From IMG/VR virus record IMGVR_UViG_3300030620_000022, positions 1 to 24,042 of that record: 24,042 bases of DNA; one strand, written 5' to 3'. Positions within the stretch are counted from its first letter, which is position 1, and every line of letters starts with the position of its first letter. The position numbers and the translations under genes were made by a program. Origin of the DNA: a virus. Its lineage: Duplodnaviria > Caudoviricetes. The notes under the pieces were generated by a model. That model was not told the origin of the DNA and made no database searches. It saw only the letters and a program-made list of their open reading frames with translations. This document shows positions 1-7,804 of this stretch, one piece after another.

Positions 1-62
1 ATGGAGACAGCTTGTAAACAACCTGTGGGGGTACACCGGTCTAGGTGGACCTTTCGAGAACC

Positions 63-79
63 ATGCTGTATCATCCAAC
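63..79 (+). promoter_or_regulatory. Putative promoter (ATGCTGTATCATCCAAC; -10 TATCAT at 69-74), likely leaderless for the ORF at 83
   Basis: TANNNT hexamer 8 nt before ATG83 with no Shine-Dalgarno; 14/17 identical to the motif at 23907-23923. Confidence 0.55.
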
Positions 80-82
80 TCC

Positions 83-487
83 ATGGATGTACTAGTAGTC
101 ATAGCGGTCCTGATCGCAGCTTTTCTGCTCGGTCTGGCATCGATCATCACTGGTGGCCGGATCGCGAAAGACATCGTGGACGCTCAGGCGACCGCAGTCC
201 GGCAGGTGTCGGAGTCGATCCAGCTGGCTGTACGCGAAGCCGTGCATTCGATCACCGCTCCCCCACCGTTGTCACCGGCGCCCGACCCTCGGACCCAACC
301 GCAGGCACCGCACATGGCGGTCTACGAGGACGAGAGTGACAATCCGTTCCCCAGCCCGGATGATGAGTACGACCCGACCGACGCCACGATCCCACCGGAT
401 CGACTGCTGGTCGCGCTCGGTGCTCAGGACGTGGGGATCGAAGGGTTCACGATCGACCCTGAACGGTACAACGCGGGGCAGCGCTGA
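83..487 (+). CDS. Hypothetical protein with a single N-terminal transmembrane helix (134 aa)
   Basis: Hydrophobic N-terminus VLVVIAVLIAAFLLGLASII, then a Pro/acidic tail; TGATG stop/start overlap with the next ORF. Confidence 0.75.
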   Translation: MDVLVVIAVLIAAFLLGLASIITGGRIAKDIVDAQATAVRQVSESIQLAVREAVHSITAPPPLSPAPDPRTQPQAPHMAVYEDESDNPFPSPDDEYDPTDATIPPDRLLVALGAQDVGIEGFTIDPERYNAGQR

Positions 488-852
488 TGCCGAACGTCAC
501 CGCTGAATCGAAACGCCGGCAGAGAGCACGCAACAGTGGATCGATCGCCGCGCTCAAGACCAACGCCGGATCGTCCGGTGCCGGCGGTCTCGTCAACCGG
601 ATGGAGCGCAGGACGTTCGAGGATTTGGCTGACGAGCTCGAACCCGGCCAGTTCTTCGTCGGCAAGATCACCGACCAGCGCACCCTGTCGAACGGCTCCA
701 TCATGGTGTCGATGGTGCTGCCGGCTGCGTACGCGCATGAAGCGATTGACGCGGTGATCGACTCCCAGGCCATGTTCACCGCGATCCAGCTGTTCCACGT
801 CCCCCTCCCCGTCATGCTGCCCGACCCGGAAGATGACGGAGACGATGGCTGA
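487..852 (+). CDS. Hypothetical phage protein (121 aa)
   Basis: Translationally coupled to the upstream ORF (TGATG); GC-rich third codon positions; basic N-terminus and acidic C-terminus. Confidence 0.7.
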   Translation: MPNVTAESKRRQRARNSGSIAALKTNAGSSGAGGLVNRMERRTFEDLADELEPGQFFVGKITDQRTLSNGSIMVSMVLPAAYAHEAIDAVIDSQAMFTAIQLFHVPLPVMLPDPEDDGDDG

Positions 853-866
853 CACCGAAGGCGGGG

Positions 867-1178
867 ATGCCACGGCAGATTGACGGCGCGCTCAGTGCCG
901 AAACTGTCGAAGCCGTCCTGTCCGACCCGCGGACCCGGCGCGACCTCGAGCACATCCGCGACACGATCATCGCCCAGGCGAAGTACGCGCTGAGATTCGG
1001 CCAGCCGATGCCCAGCGTCACGTCGCGGTCGGCGCTGGACTCGCTGCTGTCCGGGCTGCAAACCCAGGAGCGGACCGAACGTGAGAACGAGCAGCGGCAG
1101 CACTTCGATGCGATGCGCGAGTTCGTGCAGGCATGGCGGAACGTGCATGGTCGGCCGGATGACGCGGAGGATGAGTGA
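867..1178 (+). CDS. Hypothetical helical protein, candidate terminase small subunit (103 aa)
   Basis: GAAGG upstream; stop overlaps the TerL start (TGATG); the TerS assignment is positional only. Confidence 0.55.
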   Translation: MPRQIDGALSAETVEAVLSDPRTRRDLEHIRDTIIAQAKYALRFGQPMPSVTSRSALDSLLSGLQTQERTERENEQRQHFDAMREFVQAWRNVHGRPDDAEDE

Positions 1179-3070
1179 TGCCGGTCGTCGTCGCCACCGC
1201 CACCGAGCAGCCGCTGCCCGACCCGGACACCGTGGTCATTCCAGAAAAGGTGGTCGACGCGGAAGCCATCGAGATCCCACCGGAGCTCCGCGCGCTGATG
1301 CTCGAGCTCCCGCGTGGCTGGCTGAGAACTCTCCTCGCGCCGCTACGGATTCTCACCAAAGACGGTCATGTGGTCCGACTCGATCGTGTCTGGAACTACG
1401 CACAGGTCGCGTTTGTCGATGAAGTGGAACGACAGATCGTCGAACACGGACAGGTGCGGATCATCACGCTCAAGGCACGACAGATCGGCATATCGACAAT
1501 CATCGAGGCGATCTTGTTCACGTTCGCGATCATGATGGATTCGTTCAACTCGCTCGTCATGGCGCATGAGAAAGACGCCAGTCAACACCTGCTGTCGATG
1601 TCAGGTCGATACTGGGAAACATACATCCACCGTCATCTCCTGAAAGAGAAGTACAAGGGTCGTGCGCATCTGGCATGGTCGGATATTGATTCGCAGATGA
1701 TCATCAAGACCGCGAAGAACGAGGAATCAGGTAGATCGAACACCATCCATGCACTTCACGCGTCCGAAGTCGCATTCTGGCCATCACCAGAACGACTCAT
1801 GACGGGGCTTCGACAGTCCATCCCGTCATTCGGACTCACGTTCATCTTCATGGAGTCCACCGCGAACGGCATCGGCAACTACTTCCATCGTGAATGCGTC
1901 CGGGCGATGAAGGGTGAATCCGAGTACGCGTTCATGTTCTTCCCGTGGCACAAGCACCCCGAGTACACTGCGTCATATATCCCGGCTGAACAACGTGGGA
2001 AGTACACCAGACTCGACAACCTGGATGAAGAAGAACTATGGCTGCGTGATGTCATGAAGGTCAATGACGCGCGGCTCGTGTGGCGAAGGTACGCGATCGC
2101 GAACCTCTGTCAGGGTGACGTGCACCGGTTTCACCAGGAGTACCCAACCACCCCACATGAAGCGTTCATTTCAACCGGTCTCAACGTGTTCCCGCTTCGT
2201 GAATCCCTGAATCACTACGTGCCATTGCGCGGCCAAACAGGTGTGCTGACGCGCAACACGCGCGGCAAAGTCGAGTTCCAACCGCGTTCGGACGGCTGGC
2301 TCACCGTGTACCGCAAACCTTCCGCGGACCAGTCGTGGGGTGTGTACGTGTGCGGTGGCGACCCGACCCACACCCTCACCGGCGACAACGCGGTGGTGCA
2401 GGTCCTCTCGCGTCGAACCCTCGAGCAGGTCGCGGTCTACCGCCACAAGGTCGATCCGATCCGGTTCGGCAAGCATATGCAGCTGATCGGCAAGTGGTAC
2501 AACGAGGCACTCCTGGCACCCGAGCGTGAAGGGCCCGGCTACGCGACGGTCGGCTGCATCGTCGGTGACGGGTACGAGAACGTCTATCAAGCGACCTCGG
2601 TGGTGAGTGCACAGGGAAAGCCGGCCGACGCGTATGGCTGGTCGACGAACGCCCAGACCAAACAGATGATGGTCTCGCACTTGCTCAAACACATCACCGA
2701 ACCACTGTCGGTCGTGAGCGGCACGACGTACGGGCTGGTCATCCATGACGAGCTCACCCTCATGGAGATGCGCGACTACGTCACCGACGACACCGGGAAG
2801 AAGTTCACCAACTCCGACGGCAGCGAGTACGACGACGGCGTGACTTCGCTCGCGATCGCGGTCACCGTCCACGACATCGAAGCACCACCGCCGCCGTACA
2901 TCGCGCCGAGCCCGCACGTGTCACGCCCGAACGTTGGATCGACGATGCAGGCCCCACCGATCCCCGAGCCGGACCCGACCGACCGTGACGAGCTCGACGA
3001 CGACAACGACCCGAAGCCGCCACCGACCCCGCCGTGGGAGATGTGGCGCACGAACCACGAGAGGACGTGA
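1178..3070 (+). CDS. terL: Terminase large subunit (about 630 aa)
   Basis: Walker A-like LKARQIGIST, Walker B LHASEVAFW, coupling motif ESTANG, RNase H-like nuclease acidic motifs (GGDPT, PERE, YDDGV); start is ATG1178 or GTG1175. Confidence 0.95.
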   Translation: MPVVVATATEQPLPDPDTVVIPEKVVDAEAIEIPPELRALMLELPRGWLRTLLAPLRILTKDGHVVRLDRVWNYAQVAFVDEVERQIVEHGQVRIITLKARQIGISTIIEAILFTFAIMMDSFNSLVMAHEKDASQHLLSMSGRYWETYIHRHLLKEKYKGRAHLAWSDIDSQMIIKTAKNEESGRSNTIHALHASEVAFWPSPERLMTGLRQSIPSFGLTFIFMESTANGIGNYFHRECVRAMKGESEYAFMFFPWHKHPEYTASYIPAEQRGKYTRLDNLDEEELWLRDVMKVNDARLVWRRYAIANLCQGDVHRFHQEYPTTPHEAFISTGLNVFPLRESLNHYVPLRGQTGVLTRNTRGKVEFQPRSDGWLTVYRKPSADQSWGVYVCGGDPTHTLTGDNAVVQVLSRRTLEQVAVYRHKVDPIRFGKHMQLIGKWYNEALLAPEREGPGYATVGCIVGDGYENVYQATSVVSAQGKPADAYGWSTNAQTKQMMVSHLLKHITEPLSVVSGTTYGLVIHDELTLMEMRDYVTDDTGKKFTNSDGSEYDDGVTSLAIAVTVHDIEAPPPPYIAPSPHVSRPNVGSTMQAPPIPEPDPTDRDELDDDNDPKPPPTPPWEMWRTNHERT

Positions 3071-3432
3071 TGCCGCTGTACCAGTACCGATGCCGAGAAT
3101 GTGGCTACACCGCAGAAGTGTTCGACCACGCGTCGACACTCGGCTTGTGCCCGGGATGTTCGGCCGGCGAGCTCAAACGCGACTACACCACCGTTCAACT
3201 CGCCCCGGTGATGCAGGAGCACTACAACCCGTCGGTCAACGGGCCGGTCTCATCGGTGAAGAAACTCAACGAGCATTTCAAGCGCGCCAGCGACGAGTAC
3301 AGTGAACGAACCGGTATCGAAGCCAAGTTCTCACCGATCGACCCGAAAGATGTTGGTGCAACCGACGAGGGACTCGACTCGACGAATCGTCAACGCCGAT
3401 CAATGGGGTTGAAAGAGGTGTCGGTCGAGTAG
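3070..3432 (+). CDS. FmdB-family zinc-ribbon protein (120 aa)
   Basis: N-terminus MPLYQYRCRECG...CPGC fits the MPxYxYxCxxCG...CPxC pattern; GAGGA RBS; ATG overlaps the terL stop. Confidence 0.85.
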   Translation: MPLYQYRCRECGYTAEVFDHASTLGLCPGCSAGELKRDYTTVQLAPVMQEHYNPSVNGPVSSVKKLNEHFKRASDEYSERTGIEAKFSPIDPKDVGATDEGLDSTNRQRRSMGLKEVSVE

Positions 3433-3474
3433 TAGAATCACCGTTGGAGAACGTCCTTTCTCTGCACCGGCGAC

Positions 3475-3507
3475 CGGCCCCTGGACCTCGAGGTTCGGGG
3501 GTCGTTT
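3475..3507 (+). terminator. Putative intrinsic terminator after the terminase/Zn-ribbon operon
   Basis: CGGCCCCTGGACC-TCGA-GGTTCGGGGGTCG hairpin (13 bp including G:U pairs) followed by TTT. Confidence 0.65.
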
Positions 3508-3516
3508 CGCGTCCGG

Positions 3517-3549
3517 GAATCCACAGGTCTGTCCACCGCGTGTGGATTC
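3517..3549. repeat. Perfect 9-bp inverted repeat GAATCCACA-N15-TGTGGATTC upstream of the portal promoter
   Basis: Arms at 3517-3525 and 3541-3549; spans the expected -35 region. Confidence 0.7.
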
Positions 3550-3550
3550 A

Positions 3551-3559
3551 TGCTAGACT
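3551..3559 (+). promoter_or_regulatory. Extended -10 promoter TGC-TAGACT; leaderless start at GTG3566 (portal)
   Basis: TGn plus TANNNT, 6 nt before GTG; no SD; lies just after a terminator. Confidence 0.65.
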
Positions 3560-3565
3560 CATCAT

Positions 3566-5452
3566 GTGACCATGCTGGACACTGCCCCAGCTGCGCCCGG
3601 TCCGGTGCCACCTGCAGGCTTCCCGGAGCCTCCACCGCGCGACATCGACCCGACCGCTGATCCGCGGCCGATCGACCTGCCGACCAACGAGGCCGGCACC
3701 ACCCGTCGCTCGCCGTTCTCCCGCAACCCGCTGAACGAAGCGCAGCAGGTCCGGGAGATGTTCAACCGTGCCCGGCACGCCCGGCGCCCGCTGATCGCCC
3801 AGTGGAAGAAGAACTACCGCACCCTCACCAACAAGGGATGGGCGGAACAGGCCGAGCCGTGGATCCCGGCGCCGAAGATTCCGCAGATCTTCCCGGTCGC
3901 GCTCTCGTGGATCGGGTGGATGACCGACCAGCGTCCGATCATCGAGGTGATGCCGGCAGCCCAGCCGTTCTCTCCGTTCGCCGACTTCTACATGTCACTC
4001 GCGGAGGACATGAACACGCTGATGTCGCGGGCGTTCAACGAGTATCTGCTCGACGCCGAGCTCACCAAAGTGCTGTGGGACGAGTTCTGCTACGGCATCG
4101 GGTACACCAAGACCCTCTGGCGGCACACGCTCGCCGACGGTCTCGGCGACGCGACGTTCGACCGGATCGACCCGTTCACGCTGTACCCGGACCCGTACGC
4201 GAAGACACCGCGCGACCTCACATACATCATCGAGGCACGCACGATGACCGTGACCGATCTGGACCGCTGCTATCCGGGTGCCGAGCGTCTGATCGCCGGC
4301 AACTACTGGACCGAAGACACCGACGAGGCGCCGCACAAGCTGGACGACACCGTGTCCCCGACCGGCCCGCGTGTGCGCATGGGATCACTGAACGGTGCTG
4401 CGACCCGCTGGACGAACCAGCGAGACGAGCGCACCGGTGGCTCCATCTACGACGAGCCGGTCGTGACCGTGCTTGAGTGCTGGCGCAGGTATCACGTCAC
4501 CGAGCACCAGGACGACGGGACTTCGAAGGTGATCGACGGCTGGTGGCTGTCCGTCGTGGTGAATGACATCGTGGTCATGTCGGTCGACTCGTCCGAAGTG
4601 AACGCGTACGGCGGCCACCCATACGATCGATGTGTCCTCGTCGACACCGGTGAATGGTACGGCCCGTCGATGGTCGAGTTCCTCGCCAGCGCGCAGACAT
4701 CGATCAACCGCACCCTGTCGAACATCGAATCGAACATCGCGCTCATGGGTAACCCGGTGCTGCGCGAGGACCCGCGCGCCCAGTCGCGTCACACCCGGAT
4801 CTCGAACCGGCCCGGCCAGCGGATCCCGGCACGCGCCGACCAGGTGAACTGGCTCGACCCGCCGCAGATGAACCCGCAGATCGCCGTGCAACTCATGTCG
4901 TTCTACAAGGGTGAGATCGAATCCATCTCTGGTCTCAGCGCGATGGTGCGAGGATTCTCACCGACCGGCCGCAACTCCGAAGGTGTGCTCGACTCCGTGC
5001 AGGACGCTGCGTTCGTGCGCGTCCGGCTGCATCTGCGCGAGCTCGAACGGATGATGCGCGGCATCGCCTACAAGATGGCGTCCACGATGGCCGAGTTCTA
5101 CACCGAAGCGCGCACCGTGGCGACCATCGGACCGGACGGCCAGGAGACCATCAAGATCCTGCGCAGCCGGCACTTCTACACCCGCGACGCGCAAGACCCG
5201 AACGATCAGCAGCCACTCCGGTTTGCGGTCGTCGCTGACGCTGGTTCGCAACTCCCCACCTCGCGTCAGGCCCGCGCTGCCGAAGCCGAACGCCTGTACG
5301 CGATCGGTGCGATCGACGTGTACGAACTGCTCAAGGCGAAGCAGTGGCCGAACTGGGCGGTCGTGTCGAAGCGTGTCATGGAGATGCAGGCGCAGTCCGG
5401 GACGCTCGGCCAGCCGCCAGGAGCCCGACAACGGGCAGGAAGGAACCAGTGA
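3566..5452 (+). CDS. Portal protein (podovirus/P22-like, 628 aa)
   Basis: Size and position after terL; portal-like segments (CYGIGYTKTLW, IDPFTLYPDP, EIESISGLSAMVRG, GSQLPTSRQAR). Confidence 0.88.
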   Translation: MTMLDTAPAAPGPVPPAGFPEPPPRDIDPTADPRPIDLPTNEAGTTRRSPFSRNPLNEAQQVREMFNRARHARRPLIAQWKKNYRTLTNKGWAEQAEPWIPAPKIPQIFPVALSWIGWMTDQRPIIEVMPAAQPFSPFADFYMSLAEDMNTLMSRAFNEYLLDAELTKVLWDEFCYGIGYTKTLWRHTLADGLGDATFDRIDPFTLYPDPYAKTPRDLTYIIEARTMTVTDLDRCYPGAERLIAGNYWTEDTDEAPHKLDDTVSPTGPRVRMGSLNGAATRWTNQRDERTGGSIYDEPVVTVLECWRRYHVTEHQDDGTSKVIDGWWLSVVVNDIVVMSVDSSEVNAYGGHPYDRCVLVDTGEWYGPSMVEFLASAQTSINRTLSNIESNIALMGNPVLREDPRAQSRHTRISNRPGQRIPARADQVNWLDPPQMNPQIAVQLMSFYKGEIESISGLSAMVRGFSPTGRNSEGVLDSVQDAAFVRVRLHLRELERMMRGIAYKMASTMAEFYTEARTVATIGPDGQETIKILRSRHFYTRDAQDPNDQQPLRFAVVADAGSQLPTSRQARAAEAERLYAIGAIDVYELLKAKQWPNWAVVSKRVMEMQAQSGTLGQPPGARQRAGRNQ

Positions 5453-5631
5453 GAGATCGATTCAAGGAACGTTTCGGTGCCAGTGTCGGTGACGACGGCG
5501 TGGAATACAAGCGCATGATCGACAACGGCGGCACGCTGCACGGTGACACGGTGACGCGTCCGATGATCGGTGAAGGTGGTCAGCGCGGTCAGACCATCGA
5601 CGATCCGGGTGAGCCGTTCCCCCACGGGTAA
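5449..5631 (+). CDS. Small hypothetical protein (60 aa, MRDRFKERFGASVGDDGVEYKRMIDNGG...)
   Basis: GGAAGGA RBS; GTGA overlap with the portal stop. Confidence 0.65.
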   Translation: MRDRFKERFGASVGDDGVEYKRMIDNGGTLHGDTVTRPMIGEGGQRGQTIDDPGEPFPHG

Positions 5632-5678
5632 CACAAGATCTGACGCGTGACCCTCACACGCGTGCAGGGAAAGGACAG

Positions 5679-5927
5679 ATGACACCACGGATCAACTCTC
5701 TTGTCAGTGAGCTCGACGAGGCTCGACCCTCCGCAGGCAGCACCCAGAACAAGGTCGACGCATTGTTCGGCAAGCAGCCGGCGGTGATCGACAGCATCCG
5801 ACGCGCGCGCGAACGTCGCGTCTCCTATAGGGGCATCGCGGTGATCCTGTCGCGACATCTCCCGGCCGGTGAGTCGATCTCGGCCGGCGCCGTCCAGTCG
5901 TGGTGTGCGAAGAACGAGACGACATGA
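5679..5927 (+). CDS. Small basic protein, possible helix-turn-helix (82 aa)
   Basis: GAAAGGA RBS; segment VSYRGIAVILSRH...ISAGAVQSW resembles an HTH; ATGA coupling to the phosphoesterase. Confidence 0.65.
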   Translation: MTPRINSLVSELDEARPSAGSTQNKVDALFGKQPAVIDSIRRARERRVSYRGIAVILSRHLPAGESISAGAVQSWCAKNETT

Positions 5928-7012
5928 GCGAGTTTGACCCGATCGCGGCCGCGCTCGACGCGGAGACTCCCGAGACCGAAGCGTTGCGGCGTCAGGTCTA
6001 CGATCTCGAGCGCCGGCTACTCCAACGCGGTGACGTGGAAGCCCAACTCGCAGCCGAACGCAAACGCGCCGACACGATCGAACGCGAGCTCGGTGTCGTC
6101 GAAGCACTCGGTGTCGCCGGCCAACCGGACTGGATGACCGCACCACCGAAGTCCGGCAAGAAGCACCACGCGACCCCGCACCTGATGCTGTCCGACCTGC
6201 ATCTCGACGAGATCGTGAACCCCGACGAGATGTCCGGGATCAACGCCTACAACCGCGAGATCGCAGAGCAACGTCTTGAGCGCATCGCCGCCAACTTTGT
6301 CCGGGTGACGCGCGACTACTGGTCCGGGCTCACCTACGACGGCGCGGTGATCGCGCTCGGTGGCGACATCTTCTCCGGTGAGATCCACGACGAGCTCAAA
6401 GAGACGAACGCCGACACGCTGCTCGGGTCGCTGCACCACTGGATCGACCCGCTCGCGTCCGTACTCGCGGTGATGGCTGACGAGTTCGGCAAGGTCCACG
6501 TCCCGGTGGTGGTCGGGAACCATGGTCGCACGACGCGCAAGCCGCGCGCCAAGCTCCGGGTCCGGTCGAACTTCGATTGGGCGCTCGGACACGCGCTGGC
6601 ACGCACGTTCGTGAAGGACAAGCGGATCACGTTCGACATCCCCGAATCGGCCGACTGCCGGTTCGAAGTGTACGACCAGGCGATCCTGATGACCCACGGC
6701 GACCAGGTGACCGGCGGCGCGGGCATCGGTGGTATCTGGCCTCCACTCATGAGACTCGTCGCGAGGAAGCGTGCGCGCGGTGACGCCACCGGTACGCCGT
6801 TCAACCTGATGATCTGTGGGCACTGGCACCAGCTGGTGTACGGCCCGGATTTCATCGTGAACGGTTCCCTCAAGGGCTACGACGAGTACGCGGCGGTGTC
6901 GAACTTCGCCTACGAGCCACCACAGCAGGCCGCGTGGCTCATGGTCCCCGGTCACGGCAAGACGTGGACGGCGCCAATCTTCTGTCAGGAGCGCGAGCTC
7001 GAAGGCTGGTGA
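5924..7012 (+). CDS. Calcineurin-like metallophosphoesterase with N-terminal coiled coil (362 aa)
   Basis: All five metal-binding motifs present: SDLH, GGDIFSG, GNHG, THGD, GHWH; ATG5924 overlaps the upstream stop. Confidence 0.9.
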   Translation: MSEFDPIAAALDAETPETEALRRQVYDLERRLLQRGDVEAQLAAERKRADTIERELGVVEALGVAGQPDWMTAPPKSGKKHHATPHLMLSDLHLDEIVNPDEMSGINAYNREIAEQRLERIAANFVRVTRDYWSGLTYDGAVIALGGDIFSGEIHDELKETNADTLLGSLHHWIDPLASVLAVMADEFGKVHVPVVVGNHGRTTRKPRAKLRVRSNFDWALGHALARTFVKDKRITFDIPESADCRFEVYDQAILMTHGDQVTGGAGIGGIWPPLMRLVARKRARGDATGTPFNLMICGHWHQLVYGPDFIVNGSLKGYDEYAAVSNFAYEPPQQAAWLMVPGHGKTWTAPIFCQERELEGW

Positions 7013-7059
7013 CCGGCGCGAATCAACATCTGGAATGATGCTTGACTCATGCCGCATTG

Positions 7060-7068
7060 TGCTACACT
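7060..7068 (+). promoter_or_regulatory. Extended -10 promoter TGC-TACACT; leaderless start at ATG7076
   Basis: TGn plus TANNNT 7 nt before ATG; TTGACT at 7042-7047 (15-bp spacer, shorter than optimal). Confidence 0.65.
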
Positions 7069-7075
7069 CGCACCC

Positions 7076-7216
7076 ATGCCACAGAAGCCGAAGAACGGGG
7101 GCGGCGCCCGCATCACGCCGACCGGCCACACCTACTCGGGTCAGTTCGGGTCGAACCCGAACGCTCGCGTGAAGGGCCGTTCGACGCAGCCGACCGAGCA
7201 GAAGTTCGGGAAGTAA
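7076..7216 (+). CDS. Small basic Gly/Pro-rich protein (46 aa, MPQKPKNGGGARITPTGHTYSGQFGSNPNARVKGRSTQPTEQKFGK), absent from the ORF track
   Basis: Translated by hand; GC-rich third positions; directly follows a -10 element and fills the gap before the ORF at 7232. Confidence 0.65.
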   Translation: MPQKPKNGGGARITPTGHTYSGQFGSNPNARVKGRSTQPTEQKFGK

Positions 7217-7231
7217 CCGACCGAGAACGTC

Positions 7232-7444
7232 ATGGTCACACTTGTTCGAATCCAGACGGTGCTCCGGCACTGGCAACCTTCACAGGTTGATCCGCGCACG
7301 GAAATCTTCGTGCAGGAGACGGGCGAGGGCGATGACGGTCGGCCGTACCGCATGGGTGTCCCGCGAGATATCTGGGGTGATCTCGGTGAGCCCGAGTACA
7401 TCACTGTGACCATCGATCCCGGCGACCGACTGAACGGCGGTTGA
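7232..7444 (+). CDS. Hypothetical protein (70 aa)
   Basis: Tightly packed between neighbours; plausible beta-rich sequence ending WGDLGEPEYITVTIDPGDRLNGG. Confidence 0.6.
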   Translation: MVTLVRIQTVLRHWQPSQVDPRTEIFVQETGEGDDGRPYRMGVPRDIWGDLGEPEYITVTIDPGDRLNGG

Positions 7445-7445
7445 C

Positions 7446-7760
7446 ATGGCCGAACGGATGACCAACACGCTGGTGGAACTACGCCAGCGCTTCATGAAGG
7501 ACATCGCCCAGGCGAAGCTCACCGTGGAATCCGACGCGGACATGTCCGAACTGCTCGAACTCGAGAACTTCATCATCGAGAAGAACCGGGCCCCGATCGC
7601 CGCGATGGAAGCTCAAGGTCTCGTACCGGGAGGTGCCGGACCAGGCGGACCGATGCAAGGCGGTGGGATGCCCGGCATCGGCCAAGGCGTCAACGTGGAC
7701 GAGCTCCGACGGATGCTCGGCCAGCCCGGATCCAACTTCGCGGGGATGGCGCCAGCCTGA
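7446..7760 (+). CDS. Hypothetical protein with helical N-terminus and Gly/Pro/Met/Gln-rich C-terminus (104 aa)
   Basis: Starts 1 nt after the previous stop; coding-like codon usage; immediately precedes the putative scaffold. Confidence 0.7.
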   Translation: MAERMTNTLVELRQRFMKDIAQAKLTVESDADMSELLELENFIIEKNRAPIAAMEAQGLVPGGAGPGGPMQGGGMPGIGQGVNVDELRRMLGQPGSNFAGMAPA

Positions 7761-7804
7761 CCATGCCCGCCACGACCGACTCACCCTGACCCTCGAAGGG
7801 AGAC

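Noticed and set aside
1178-3070. Intein or intron in terL explaining the GC dip
   Set aside because: ATPase motifs are normally spaced, the frame is continuous and there are no intein splice motifs
7042-7290. 82-aa ORF from the track
   Set aside because: Starts within the promoter and overlaps the better-supported 7076-7216 and 7232-7444 ORFs
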